A DNA stretch of 64,000 bases from Dehalococcoidia bacterium. Its GTDB lineage: Bacteria > Chloroflexota > Dehalococcoidia > UBA6926. The stretch is from contig JBJKVP010000005.1 of assembly GCA_045562535.1 (NCBI GenBank), forward strand, positions 213 through 64,212. The letters run 5' to 3'. The notes under the pieces are model-generated. The model had not been told where the DNA came from, did no database searches, and worked only from the letters and a program-made list of their open reading frames with translations. The first letter of the stretch is position 1. The number at the start of each line of letters is the position of its first letter. Both the position numbers and the translations under genes were made by a program. Of this stretch, positions 36,601 to 45,523 are shown piece after piece.

Positions 36601-38276
36601 AAATTAAAATAGCTCAGGGTTCGAAGCCTGGTGAAGGAGGTCAATTACCAGGACATAAAGTGATTGAGTATATAGCCTATATAAGACACACGCAGCCAGG
36701 TATAACCTTGATATCTCCTCCCCCGCATCATGATATATATTCGATTGAAGATCTAGCTCAGTTAATATACGACTTAAAAATGATAAATCCAGATGCTCAA
36801 GTTACCGTTAAATTAGTTTCGGGCGTAGGTGTTGGCACTATAGCTGCGGGTGTAGCAAAAGGGTACGCTGATAAAATTCATATATCTGGTTCGGATGGTG
36901 GTACGGGAGCAAGCCCGCTTTCCTCAATAAAAAACGCTGGTTCTTCCTGGGAGCTAGGTTTAGCTGAAGTAGAGCAAGTTCTTGTAATGAATGACCTAAG
37001 AGGCAGAGTAAAATTAAGAACAGATGGTGGTATTAGAACTGGTAAAGATGTCGTTATGGCAGCGATGTTCGGAGCTGATGAGATCGGATTTGGAACGGCG
37101 GCTCTTGTCGCAATGGGATGCGAGATGGCCAGACAATGTCATCTTAATTCTTGCCCGGTGGGTATTGCGACACAGCGTGACGACCTAATTGATAAATTTA
37201 CTGGGAGTGTTGATAGCGTAGTTAATTATTTTACATTTGTCGCAACTGAAGTTAGGGAAATATTGGCTAGCCTCGGATATAGATCTTTGGATGAAGTGAT
37301 AGGGCATCCTGAATATCTTGAGGAACGATCTGATTTAGAGGGAGAGGATCGTGCAATGGCTCTTGATGTAAAACCACTGTTAGGCCTACCAGATCCAGAG
37401 TTTAAGAAACCTATAAAGAATGTTCAAAGTCGTAATGATCGTCAAGATGATTACAAATTGGATGAAACGATTATGGTAGATATAGGTAAACCCATAGAAC
37501 TAGATACACACTATTCCGGGTCATACGAGATTAACAATTCTAATCGTACCGTAGGTGCTAAAATTTCCGGCGATATAGCAAGGAAATACGGTTTAAATAA
37601 TCTAGAGTCCATGGATATCGACCTCTCGTTCGATGGTACAGCGGGGCAGAGTTTCGGAGCGTTTTTAGTTGATGGAGTTACGGTTCGCCTTAATGGCGAA
37701 GCTAACGATTATGTGGGTAAAGGTATGGGTGGAGGTAAAATAGTTATTCGGCCACCTAGAACCAATGACTATAATTCCCACGAGAATTCTATTATGGGTA
37801 ATACTTGCTTGTATGGGGCGACCGACGGACTTGTATTTGCAGCCGGTCAAGCCGGAGAGCGATTTGCTATAAGAAATAGTGGAGTCCAGGCAGTTGTTGA
37901 AGGCCTAGGTGATCATGGATGTGAGTATATGACCAACGGAGTTGTTGTGGTGCTAGGCGAAGTTGGACGGAATTTTGGTGCAGGTATGTCTGGGGGTATA
38001 GCATTTGTATATGATGTAAACGAAACTTTTCCATCTTCGTACAATCAAGATATGCTGGTCATAGATAGATTAGCAGACTCAAGTTCAGAAGATGAAGAGC
38101 ATCTTCTCGGATTAATAAAAGAACATGCAGAGCAAACAGGTAGTAAAATTGCTAGGTATATAGTCGAGAATTGGCAAGAACAAAGAGCTTATTTTTGGAA
38201 AGCGATGCCAGCTCAATTGAGAGAGAAAAAGATGACAATTAAGGATATATTAAAGAAAGTTGAAGAGTTAAAGTAA
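33669..38276 (+). CDS. gltB: Glutamate synthase large subunit (amidotransferase + FMN/3Fe-4S + GXGXG domains)
   Basis: 1535 aa as tracked from TTG 33669. ATG 33717 or 33726 are more likely starts, followed by a propeptide before the catalytic Cys (FEKDACGTGFIAQ). FMN domain GEGG...ISPPPHHDIYSIEDL is present. No gltD follows. Confidence 0.95.
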   Translation: MTDRYIIDSLKDKYLLMNDMGKTKKIDSYRPPLYHSSFEKDACGTGFIAQISGEPSHDLVSKAVEAVVNLTHRGAVSADAKTGDGAGILTQVPAKLIRREIESLGFDLSSDENIGIGMVFFPPNVDISDATSIFENEIRNSKLNFLGWREVPVNSTVLGQQALDTMPQIKQAIITTSNSVEIENFERKLYVARRNIEKKVLSIEGFDTFHIASLSSKTVVYKGLLVAPQLSTFYVDLADKDYESAIAVFHQRYSTNTLPNWNLAQPFRFLGHNGEINTLQGNRNWLRARGNDFDSPVWEASDLEAIIPVTDTQVSDSGSLDHALELLNRSGRDILHSMVMLIPEAWENMPNMDPDLRAFYEYHALLTEPWDGPAAVAFSDGSLAGAILDRNGLRPARYHVTEDGFVIMASEVGVLRGLDESKIIEKGRLAPGEMIAVDTVNNKILRNTEIKSNMISADSYPDLRDNILVKLDSSDKKETLNKPVLDHVSLLRRQKIFGYTAEEPLMVIKPMVQEGKDATYSMGDDTPLAVLSRLAPPIYNYFKQSFAQVTNPAIDPIREAVVMSSNVYLGRRSSLIGEPSQDQHLLSIEGPIILNEELDQIRNVSDNTLKSVTLPTVFPVSGGRSELEKSLSDLCDQAESAVDDGYTIIILSDRAVDENNAPIPMLLAVGAVHQELIKRGKRMKASIICDSGEPRDVHHYASLIGYGASAVNPYLVWDILRNLAEKGELKDLDNEDYPLLKYRMAANNGILKIMSKMGISTVTSYHGSQIFECLGLSQKVVDKCFTATLSRLGGIGFEEIADDVLKRHDGAIQDEITEKSKLVDHGFIRFRKAGEFHANNPIVVRTLHKAVRSGEYEEYVPYRDAMNNRPISSVRDILQFKRGNTPIPLEEVEPLENIWKHFTTGAMSLGALSPVAHETLAAGMNAIGAASDTGEGGEDPKRFRGLMNGINANSKIKQIASGRFGVTPEYLSMAEEIEIKIAQGSKPGEGGQLPGHKVIEYIAYIRHTQPGITLISPPPHHDIYSIEDLAQLIYDLKMINPDAQVTVKLVSGVGVGTIAAGVAKGYADKIHISGSDGGTGASPLSSIKNAGSSWELGLAEVEQVLVMNDLRGRVKLRTDGGIRTGKDVVMAAMFGADEIGFGTAALVAMGCEMARQCHLNSCPVGIATQRDDLIDKFTGSVDSVVNYFTFVATEVREILASLGYRSLDEVIGHPEYLEERSDLEGEDRAMALDVKPLLGLPDPEFKKPIKNVQSRNDRQDDYKLDETIMVDIGKPIELDTHYSGSYEINNSNRTVGAKISGDIARKYGLNNLESMDIDLSFDGTAGQSFGAFLVDGVTVRLNGEANDYVGKGMGGGKIVIRPPRTNDYNSHENSIMGNTCLYGATDGLVFAAGQAGERFAIRNSGVQAVVEGLGDHGCEYMTNGVVVVLGEVGRNFGAGMSGGIAFVYDVNETFPSSYNQDMLVIDRLADSSSEDEEHLLGLIKEHAEQTGSKIARYIVENWQEQRAYFWKAMPAQLREKKMTIKDILKKVEELK

Positions 38277-38327
38277 ATTAACGGGCTTCTGATAATTATA
38301 ATATATTGATTAAAGAGGTGGGCACTG

Positions 38328-39221
38328 ATGAACGGTCAATACGAGCAAATTCTATATGAAAAGAAGCGTGACGGCGTTCTGATAACGTTGAACCGGCCGG
38401 AGGTTATGAATGCTATTAGCGACCAGTTAGATGAAGAATTGCATCATGCCCTTGACCAAGCAGATGCTGACCCCGAGGTTCGCGGTATAGTTCTAACAGG
38501 GGCAGGCGCAGCATTTTCAGCAGGGTTCGATATTAATGCTCAAGTAGAGTATGTATGGCCTGCAGGTCTTCCCGAAGGAAAAAGTGTAGCAGAAGTTATT
38601 GATACATGGAGGACTCGATTCTGGCAAAAAGAACATGGTCGAATAGCACGAATTATCGATGAAATATCTACTCCGATTATTGCTGTAGTAAGTGGGTGGT
38701 GTATGGGAGGAGGATCTTGGTACGCTTTGACTAGTCATTTGACCATAGCTGCATCAGATGCGGTCTTTGGGCAAGTTGAAGTAAGAATGATCTCTGATGA
38801 TAATTTTTCTTGGATACTTCACGCTGGTTATAAAAACGGCCTCAGATATGCTTTGACTGGTGATCATATAGATGCTGAAGAAGCTATGAGAATCGGACTC
38901 CTTAATGAGGTTGTTGAAACCAAAGACGATGCTCTAGAAAAGGCGTTTCTTTTCGTTGAAAGGCTTGCTAAGGTTTCACCTGAAACTGTAAAAATCAATT
39001 TGGCGATTGCAATGAAGGGACTTCAAGTGATGGGCCTACATAATGCCTTAAGATTGAATTCAGAATTAGCGGCTGCTGTCATAGTATCGAAAAGAGAAGA
39101 ATTCTCTAAACCACTTGAAGATGCAAGGAAAGAAGGCGGGTTGCGTGCATTCATTAGGAAACGCGACGAACCTTTCCAACCAGAACCATTTGGGCCAAGA
39201 TCGAAAAAAAAACCTAGTTAA
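38328..39221 (+). CDS. Enoyl-CoA hydratase/isomerase (crotonase) family protein
   Basis: 297 aa. Motifs seen: VLITLNRPEVMNA and GAGAAFSAGFDI oxyanion-hole motif. Confidence 0.88.
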   Translation: MNGQYEQILYEKKRDGVLITLNRPEVMNAISDQLDEELHHALDQADADPEVRGIVLTGAGAAFSAGFDINAQVEYVWPAGLPEGKSVAEVIDTWRTRFWQKEHGRIARIIDEISTPIIAVVSGWCMGGGSWYALTSHLTIAASDAVFGQVEVRMISDDNFSWILHAGYKNGLRYALTGDHIDAEEAMRIGLLNEVVETKDDALEKAFLFVERLAKVSPETVKINLAIAMKGLQVMGLHNALRLNSELAAAVIVSKREEFSKPLEDARKEGGLRAFIRKRDEPFQPEPFGPRSKKKPS

Positions 39222-39262
39222 TGTCTTTAACAAAAGACTGGTTTATGAAATAAAATTATTCT

Positions 39263-40273
39263 TTGCGTACAAATAGTATTTATCTCTTGATTAAATCGAT
39301 GCATAAATTACAGACATTTATGACTTACAAAAAAAATCGTTTGATTGCGGCGGTTTTTATATTGTTTTTTGAATTGGTTATAGTTGCCTCTTGTATGAAA
39401 ACTCCCGAAATCGATAAAGAGTACGTTGAAAATACCTACGATGTTCTTATCGCTTCAAGCGTGATAGATATTAAAACTACGCGGATTCCTTTTGTGATTA
39501 TCGGATCTCGAGGAGAATATCTTAAACCGGACTTAACGCACGTCCGGCTGCGTCATAAATCTTCCTCAACGGCCAAATTAGTAGAGCAAACAAACTTAGT
39601 TCCAAAGTACTATTCTATAGTTGTAACAGAAGACCATATTCATCGAGATGGTGAAATACATGTTCATGAGAATGATTTAGGTATATATGTGCTTAATGTT
39701 GAAGAACTAAATTATCCAGGCGAATGGCAGCTTGAACTAACCGTTAGAAACCTAGAAGGCCAAGGGAAAATTCGTGAAATCCAAACGACATTTTTAGCAT
39801 CTGAGGAAGTAACCTTTCTCCCTGTTGGATCTAGAGTTCCCTTAATGTCAAATCGTACTTTGGGGGAAGGGTTTGCTTTAGAAGAGCTTAGTACTCATCC
39901 CAACCCGGATCCGGCTATGTATACAATGACTGTAGAAAAAGCTATTAATAAGAATCGACCAAGCGTAGTTATATTTAGTACACCAGCGTATTGTCAGAGT
40001 AAAGTTTGTGGTCCAGTTCTGGATATCGTTATGTCAGTCAAAAATTTATATGAATCGGAAATAGATTTTATACACGTTGAGCCTTTTGATTTACAAGCAC
40101 TTATCGATTCAGGAGATTTTTTATTATCACCACCTGCGCGAGAATGGGGTTTACCTAGCGAGCCTTGGGTTATTATTGTTGATAGATATGGAAAAGTAGT
40201 AGCTAAGTTCGAAGGAATTATTAGTAGAACTGAACTTATTGAAGTTTGCGATACAATTTTGGACTCTAAATAA
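39263..40273 (+). CDS. Secreted thioredoxin-fold lipoprotein (C-x4-C)
   Basis: The likely start is ATG 39320 (MTYKKNRLIAAVFILFFELVIVASC, lipobox). The C-terminal region VVIFSTPAYCQSKVCGPVLD...PWVIIVDRYGKVVAKFEG looks thioredoxin-like. A His cluster HIHRDGEIHVHE lies in the N-terminal domain. Confidence 0.45.
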   Translation: MRTNSIYLLIKSMHKLQTFMTYKKNRLIAAVFILFFELVIVASCMKTPEIDKEYVENTYDVLIASSVIDIKTTRIPFVIIGSRGEYLKPDLTHVRLRHKSSSTAKLVEQTNLVPKYYSIVVTEDHIHRDGEIHVHENDLGIYVLNVEELNYPGEWQLELTVRNLEGQGKIREIQTTFLASEEVTFLPVGSRVPLMSNRTLGEGFALEELSTHPNPDPAMYTMTVEKAINKNRPSVVIFSTPAYCQSKVCGPVLDIVMSVKNLYESEIDFIHVEPFDLQALIDSGDFLLSPPAREWGLPSEPWVIIVDRYGKVVAKFEGIISRTELIEVCDTILDSK

Positions 40274-40347
40274 GTTAATAGTCTCTTGATACACTTAATT
40301 TGTCAGCATATACTGCTAGAGAGAAATATCAGTTTAAGGATTATTTT

Positions 40348-40581
40348 ATGCCTATATTAGAATACGCGTGCGACTCATGTGGCAATCACTTTGATAAATT
40401 GATTCGAGGTATGAATGTCTCGAATCCTGATGTAGCTTGCCCTTCTTGCGGTGGTAGTGATGTCGAGAAACAAATGTCAGCATTTGGTGTTACAGGAGTT
40501 TGGCAAAGCAATGTACCAGAATTTACAATGCCTAAAGCAAAAGCACCGAACCCTAATGATCCATTTAATTGCATCATGTAG
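40348..40581 (+). CDS. FmdB-family zinc-ribbon protein (CxxC...CxxC)
   Basis: MPILEYACDSCGNHFDKLI...VACPSCGG is the family signature. The tracked ORF (40300) carries an N-terminal extension I consider unlikely. Confidence 0.75.
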   Translation: MPILEYACDSCGNHFDKLIRGMNVSNPDVACPSCGGSDVEKQMSAFGVTGVWQSNVPEFTMPKAKAPNPNDPFNCIM

Positions 40582-40756
40582 ATAACTAACTATTGTTCAC
40601 CAGGTGAATCGTTATTTTTGTTTGCAGGTAATAGAAACTTTGTTTGATTGTAGCGATTAACCGATTGTCTGGTATGTAGCAGAGGTAGTGATAATTTTCT
40701 CAAGTTGATCGCTTTGCAACAAAAAATAAGACTTTGCAGGAGTTTTACCTAAAGAT

Positions 40757-41968
40757 ATGAGGGATAACATTTTCCTTTCCTCTAACCGAAGAATAATACT
40801 AACAGTTTTATCCATGTCTTTGGGGTGGGTATTCATCTACTTAGATCGAGTATTAATTTTTCCTTTATTACCGGTGATAGGAGAAGAATTTGGTTTGTCT
40901 GATACATACAGAGGGCTTATAGCAAGTTCATATTTTTTCTTTTATGTATTGATGCAGACACCAACCGGGATTATTGGTGATAAATACGGTCTTTCCAATG
41001 TAGTTTTTATAATGTATTTAATTGTTGGAATATCTTTAATAGGAATTGGTGTTCTCAGTTATAGTTACGTCCTTTTGTTGGTGTTTGCGGGGTTGCATGG
41101 TTTCGGGGCAGGTGCTTACTATCCTGCTTCATACGGTATTACTATTAATGTTGTTCCTGTTGATAAAAGAGGTGTTGCTTCTGCTGTGGTAACTACAGGA
41201 ATGGCTTTGGGGCTAGCTATTGGGTTATCAATTTCTGGCCCTTTGGCTCTTTTATTTGGTTCATGGAGAGATCCGTTTTTAGTCCTGGCATTTCCGACAA
41301 TAATCAGCGCATTCTTACTCTACTTCGTCACTAAAAATGTTCCAGGGACTGGTTCAACTTCTAATGGGATTAGTCTTGAAGTATTTAAAAATAAAGATCT
41401 ACTAGTATTATCACTAGCAGCTTTTTGTTCTTTGTATGGCTACTGGGTGTTGATTTCTTGGGCCCCGACTTACTTTGTCGAGCAAAGAGGCTATGATTTA
41501 TCGGGCGCGGGGCAATTAACAGCTATCGTAGCTGTGGCATCCGTTCCTGGAGCTTTATTATGGGGCCCGATCTCTGATAAATTAGGCCGTAAATATTTAT
41601 CCTTTTGTCTATTAATTGGAGCAGGAGTCGCAATAGGGTCAATATCTATGGCCTCTTCCACAACCCAAGTAATTGCTGCCCTAGGATTTTATGGATCACT
41701 TAGCGCCCTGGCGTGGAACCCTGTTTTGGTGGCATGGGCAGGTGATCTTGCCTCACTAAAAGGGGATGGTTCAGGTGCTGCTATGGGTTTACTGAACGCT
41801 TTTGCTGTAGGTAGCTCATTTGTTGGGCCTGCATTGACGGGGATGATTAGTGATTTGACTGGTTCACTTGAAAGTGGATTTTATATGGGGTCGATTTCTT
41901 TATTTATTGGAGCTATTTTAGTTATGTTTGTAAAAGAGACCAAGAAACAATTACAAGAGGCGAAATGA
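40757..41968 (+). CDS. MFS transporter
   Basis: 403 aa with about 12 TM segments. An MFS loop 2-3 motif is seen (GIIGDKYGLSN) and repeated in the second half (ISDKLGRKY). Confidence 0.85.
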   Translation: MRDNIFLSSNRRIILTVLSMSLGWVFIYLDRVLIFPLLPVIGEEFGLSDTYRGLIASSYFFFYVLMQTPTGIIGDKYGLSNVVFIMYLIVGISLIGIGVLSYSYVLLLVFAGLHGFGAGAYYPASYGITINVVPVDKRGVASAVVTTGMALGLAIGLSISGPLALLFGSWRDPFLVLAFPTIISAFLLYFVTKNVPGTGSTSNGISLEVFKNKDLLVLSLAAFCSLYGYWVLISWAPTYFVEQRGYDLSGAGQLTAIVAVASVPGALLWGPISDKLGRKYLSFCLLIGAGVAIGSISMASSTTQVIAALGFYGSLSALAWNPVLVAWAGDLASLKGDGSGAAMGLLNAFAVGSSFVGPALTGMISDLTGSLESGFYMGSISLFIGAILVMFVKETKKQLQEAK

Positions 41969-42032
41969 TTGAAAATAATATCAATTTAGAATTCCTTGAA
42001 ATCAAATTACATGTGTTTGTGAAAGCTATTAA

Positions 42033-42704
42033 ATGGTAAAAATTGATTTACATGTTCACACTAACTGGGGATCTTCTGATAGCGGGTTATCACCTCAAGA
42101 GTTAGTTACAGAGGCCAAAAATGTTGGTTTAGACGCAGTGTGTGTGACAGAGCATGGGACGGTGTGGTCGCAGTCTAAAGTAGACGAAATCGCAGAAGAA
42201 TCAGAAGTATTAATTATTCCAGGGATGGAAGTAACAACTGATCTTGGTCATGTCACAGTTTTTGGTTTGAATGGCTATGGATCTGGAATGCATAAAGCTG
42301 AAACTTTAAAGCGTGCAGTTGATGCTGTCGATGGGTTCATGATCGCGGCCCATCCTTTTAGGAGAATGTTTGATGATCCTCGTATAAGCGGATGGGACAT
42401 GATATATACTGCAGAGCAGGCGGCTGAGTTACGTATATTCTCCTTAGTTGATGAAATGGAAGTAGTTAATGGTGCTAATAATTTACGTGAAAACTTATTT
42501 GCTTTAGAAGTGGCTGATTTATTGGGCTGGACTGGAGTCGGAGGAAGTGATTCACATTCTACCAATGGGCTTGGGGCTGGAGGTATTGTTGTGGAAAATA
42601 CTTTTAAAGATGTTCGGAGCTTTATTGATCAACTGAGATCCGGAAAATATTATCCATCTGCCGATATGCATAAATTTGGATCGCGACCATTTAGAACAGA
42701 GTAA
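42033..42704 (+). CDS. PHP-domain metal-dependent phosphoesterase
   Basis: 223 aa. Motifs seen: KIDLHVHTNWGSSDS, VCVTEHG and GGSDSHS, which are the His/Asp motifs of the PHP family. Confidence 0.8.
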   Translation: MVKIDLHVHTNWGSSDSGLSPQELVTEAKNVGLDAVCVTEHGTVWSQSKVDEIAEESEVLIIPGMEVTTDLGHVTVFGLNGYGSGMHKAETLKRAVDAVDGFMIAAHPFRRMFDDPRISGWDMIYTAEQAAELRIFSLVDEMEVVNGANNLRENLFALEVADLLGWTGVGGSDSHSTNGLGAGGIVVENTFKDVRSFIDQLRSGKYYPSADMHKFGSRPFRTE

Positions 42705-42730
42705 AAAAACAGGAAGTGGGGCTATAAAAA

Positions 42731-45523
42731 TTGCCAGAACTTCAATTTTCAGAAGTGTGTGTGGCTCTGGATTTAGAGATGACTGGTTTGCGACCTGAGT
42801 CAGATCAAATTATCGAGATCGGAGCAGTTAAATTCCAAGGAGAGACCATCCTTGAGACTTTCGAAGCTCTCATAGATCCCGATAGAGATATACCTACATT
42901 TGTAACCTTATTAACAGGTATAAGTAATGAAGACGTAAAAGGCAAACCAAAATTCCAAGAAGTTGCAGCTGATTTTGTTGAGTTCATGGGCGATCACTCA
43001 ATCGTTGGCCAAAATATATCATTCGATCTTGCTTTTTTGGCCCAACAAGATGTCCACCCCAAAAATTTGGTATATGACACTCGAGACTTATCTAGACTGA
43101 TTCGTCCAGATGCAACCGACCACGGGCTTGCCGGACTTGCAAAAGAATTATTGGTAGTGAACGATGATCCACATAGAGCGTTATCTGATGCTGATACGAC
43201 AATGAAAGTATTCAACCAGCTGTTTGTTCGATTTTCTGAATTAGATTCTAAAACAAAATACCTCTTAAATAGCCTTGTAAAAAAAGGTGGTGATGATTGG
43301 TCTATAGGAAGAGTAATCGGTGAGGCCTGTAAGCTTGCCGATTTTGAAACAGTCACAGTTAATGACCAAATCAACTCGATTATAGATCGTATTGCAAATA
43401 ATGCTAAAGATCACGTCGCCAAACCAACAACGCGTAACAAACCTGAAGAAACAACGAATTCTAACTCTGGGATTCAGCTATCTATGGATTCTCTAAGTAC
43501 TATGGAAAATTATGAAGAAAGGCCACAACAAAAAGAGTTTGCGACTGCGGCGTGGGATGCTTTAACCAAAGGAACCAATTTGTACGCGGAAGCACCTCCG
43601 GGTACCGGAAAATCTATAGCTTATTTAATGCCTGCTCTTCGATATGCGATGGAAACTGGAAATCAAGTTGTTATAGCAACTGCAAATAAAAACCTTCAAG
43701 AGCAATTATCTGAAGTTGAAATACCTAAAGTGTTAAATATTCTTGGGCTGGGAAGATCAGATCTTTCATACTTATCTTTAAAAGGGCAAGGAAATTATAT
43801 TTGTGCTACTAAATTTCAAGCTATGATGAACAGATCTGATTTAACAATTGATGAGATTCAGTTTATGTTAAGAATTAATATATGGCTAACTCGTACTAAT
43901 GCGGGTGATATGGGTGAATTATATTTAAACAATGCTGAACGATCTTTTTTAAACCAGATGGCAGTTAACTCAACGGACCATAAACTGAATTGTATCCTTG
44001 AAAAAGATAATAGATGTTTTGTTTCGATCGCCCGTATGGCTTCAAAAGCGTCAGATGTGGTTGTCACCAATCATGCTCTACTAATAGCTGATTCTAAACA
44101 AGAAAACGGTATATTTAGTGATACGAAGCATCTGATAATCGATGAAGCACATAATATAGAACGAGAAGCAACGACTCAATACACTGAAGTTATTACTGAA
44201 GGGCAAATTAACAATATTTTCAATTCTTTTGAAGAAGGTGGGCGTATTTTAGGGATACTCCAAGGGCAGGCCAACGTCATCTTAACAAACCGTATTAAAG
44301 AGGAAGTAACAGTACAATTAAATACCACTCAAGAGCGTTCAAAATATGGTTTAGAGATCGCAGGCCATTTTTTTGATTCATTGAGTACCCTTGAAGCGTC
44401 GATCAGAAAAGCATCAGACGGAGGAGAAAACGTAACTCGAATCCCGCAATCGATGGGTGATGAGGAATCATGGTCTATGGTCAACGAATCCTTGATGAAT
44501 CTTAAAGAGATCCTCTCCTCATTTAAACATACACTTGAAAATTTAGGTTCATTTTTGATTGACGAAAATAATACTCAGGTAGAACTTATTTTGAATAACC
44601 AAATATCCAGGATTGATAGTTTTCTCGAGCGTTTAGAAATGATTTTTGATAAAGATAATGAAAATCGTATAACTTGGATTAGTCGTAATAATGACAGTTC
44701 AGTTGGAAGAAGCGTATATTATGCGCCTTTGGATGTATCTAAAGTCCTTTATGATAATCTTTTTGACAAACAACAATCTATTATTTTGTGCAGTGGAACA
44801 ATGACCGCTGATAATAGTTTTGAATATATAAAGAGCAGGCTCGGACTTGATCAGGCCGAAGAGATAATATTAGGGTCTCCGTTTGAACTGGAATCAGCTA
44901 TTCAAGTTATAGTACCCGAAGATATGCCAACTCCAGATCAGTCAACTTATGATAAGGCCGTAGCAGATCTAATTTCGAGCATATCTAAGAAAGCTGATGG
45001 AGGTGTTTTGGTTCTATTTACATCCCATGGTGCGATACGAAGAGCCTACAATCAGGTAAAAATAGAGTTAAAAGAATTAGATATTAACTTAATGGCACAA
45101 GGGATTGATGGTCCTCCCGATCGATTAGTTGCCATGACCAAACAGACACCGAGGAGTGTAATTTTTGGCGCTGCAAGTTTTTGGGAAGGCGTTGATTTAC
45201 CTGGTGATTTACTTAAAGTTTTGATTATCCCGAGGTTGCCCTTTGCGGTACCTTCAGATCCAATTGTTGCGGCGCGAAGTGAAACTTATGTATCTCCGTT
45301 TATGGAATATACTCTTCCCGCTAGCATACTTCGCTTTAGGCAAGGAATTGGACGCCTTATAAGGACATCGAGTGATAGCGGCATAATTGTGCTGCTAGAT
45401 TCTAGGTTGCTAAATAGGAGATACGGGACAATGTATCTAGATAGCTTACCCACTACAAACCTTGTAACGCCGCAAATTGGATTGGTCCCAGAAGCAATAT
45501 CCAATTGGTTCAGTAGCAAGTAA
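42731..45523 (+). CDS. dinG: DinG-family protein: N-terminal DnaQ-like 3'-5' exonuclease fused to Rad3/DinG helicase
   Basis: 930 aa. Exo motifs are ALDLEMTGL, GQNISFDL and HRALSDA. Helicase motifs are APPGTGKS and IIDEAHN, with C-terminal FWEGVDLPG. The architecture resembles Firmicute DinG. Start codon is TTG. Confidence 0.88.
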   Translation: MPELQFSEVCVALDLEMTGLRPESDQIIEIGAVKFQGETILETFEALIDPDRDIPTFVTLLTGISNEDVKGKPKFQEVAADFVEFMGDHSIVGQNISFDLAFLAQQDVHPKNLVYDTRDLSRLIRPDATDHGLAGLAKELLVVNDDPHRALSDADTTMKVFNQLFVRFSELDSKTKYLLNSLVKKGGDDWSIGRVIGEACKLADFETVTVNDQINSIIDRIANNAKDHVAKPTTRNKPEETTNSNSGIQLSMDSLSTMENYEERPQQKEFATAAWDALTKGTNLYAEAPPGTGKSIAYLMPALRYAMETGNQVVIATANKNLQEQLSEVEIPKVLNILGLGRSDLSYLSLKGQGNYICATKFQAMMNRSDLTIDEIQFMLRINIWLTRTNAGDMGELYLNNAERSFLNQMAVNSTDHKLNCILEKDNRCFVSIARMASKASDVVVTNHALLIADSKQENGIFSDTKHLIIDEAHNIEREATTQYTEVITEGQINNIFNSFEEGGRILGILQGQANVILTNRIKEEVTVQLNTTQERSKYGLEIAGHFFDSLSTLEASIRKASDGGENVTRIPQSMGDEESWSMVNESLMNLKEILSSFKHTLENLGSFLIDENNTQVELILNNQISRIDSFLERLEMIFDKDNENRITWISRNNDSSVGRSVYYAPLDVSKVLYDNLFDKQQSIILCSGTMTADNSFEYIKSRLGLDQAEEIILGSPFELESAIQVIVPEDMPTPDQSTYDKAVADLISSISKKADGGVLVLFTSHGAIRRAYNQVKIELKELDINLMAQGIDGPPDRLVAMTKQTPRSVIFGAASFWEGVDLPGDLLKVLIIPRLPFAVPSDPIVAARSETYVSPFMEYTLPASILRFRQGIGRLIRTSSDSGIIVLLDSRLLNRRYGTMYLDSLPTTNLVTPQIGLVPEAISNWFSSK

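Noticed and set aside
40596-40620. Palindrome TTCACCAGGTGAA followed by TCGTTATTTTTG after the FmdB gene, as an intrinsic terminator
   Set aside because: As RNA it gives only a 5-bp stem (2 GC pairs) with a 3-nt loop. That is too weak to call. It may be a protein-binding palindrome, but nothing supports that.
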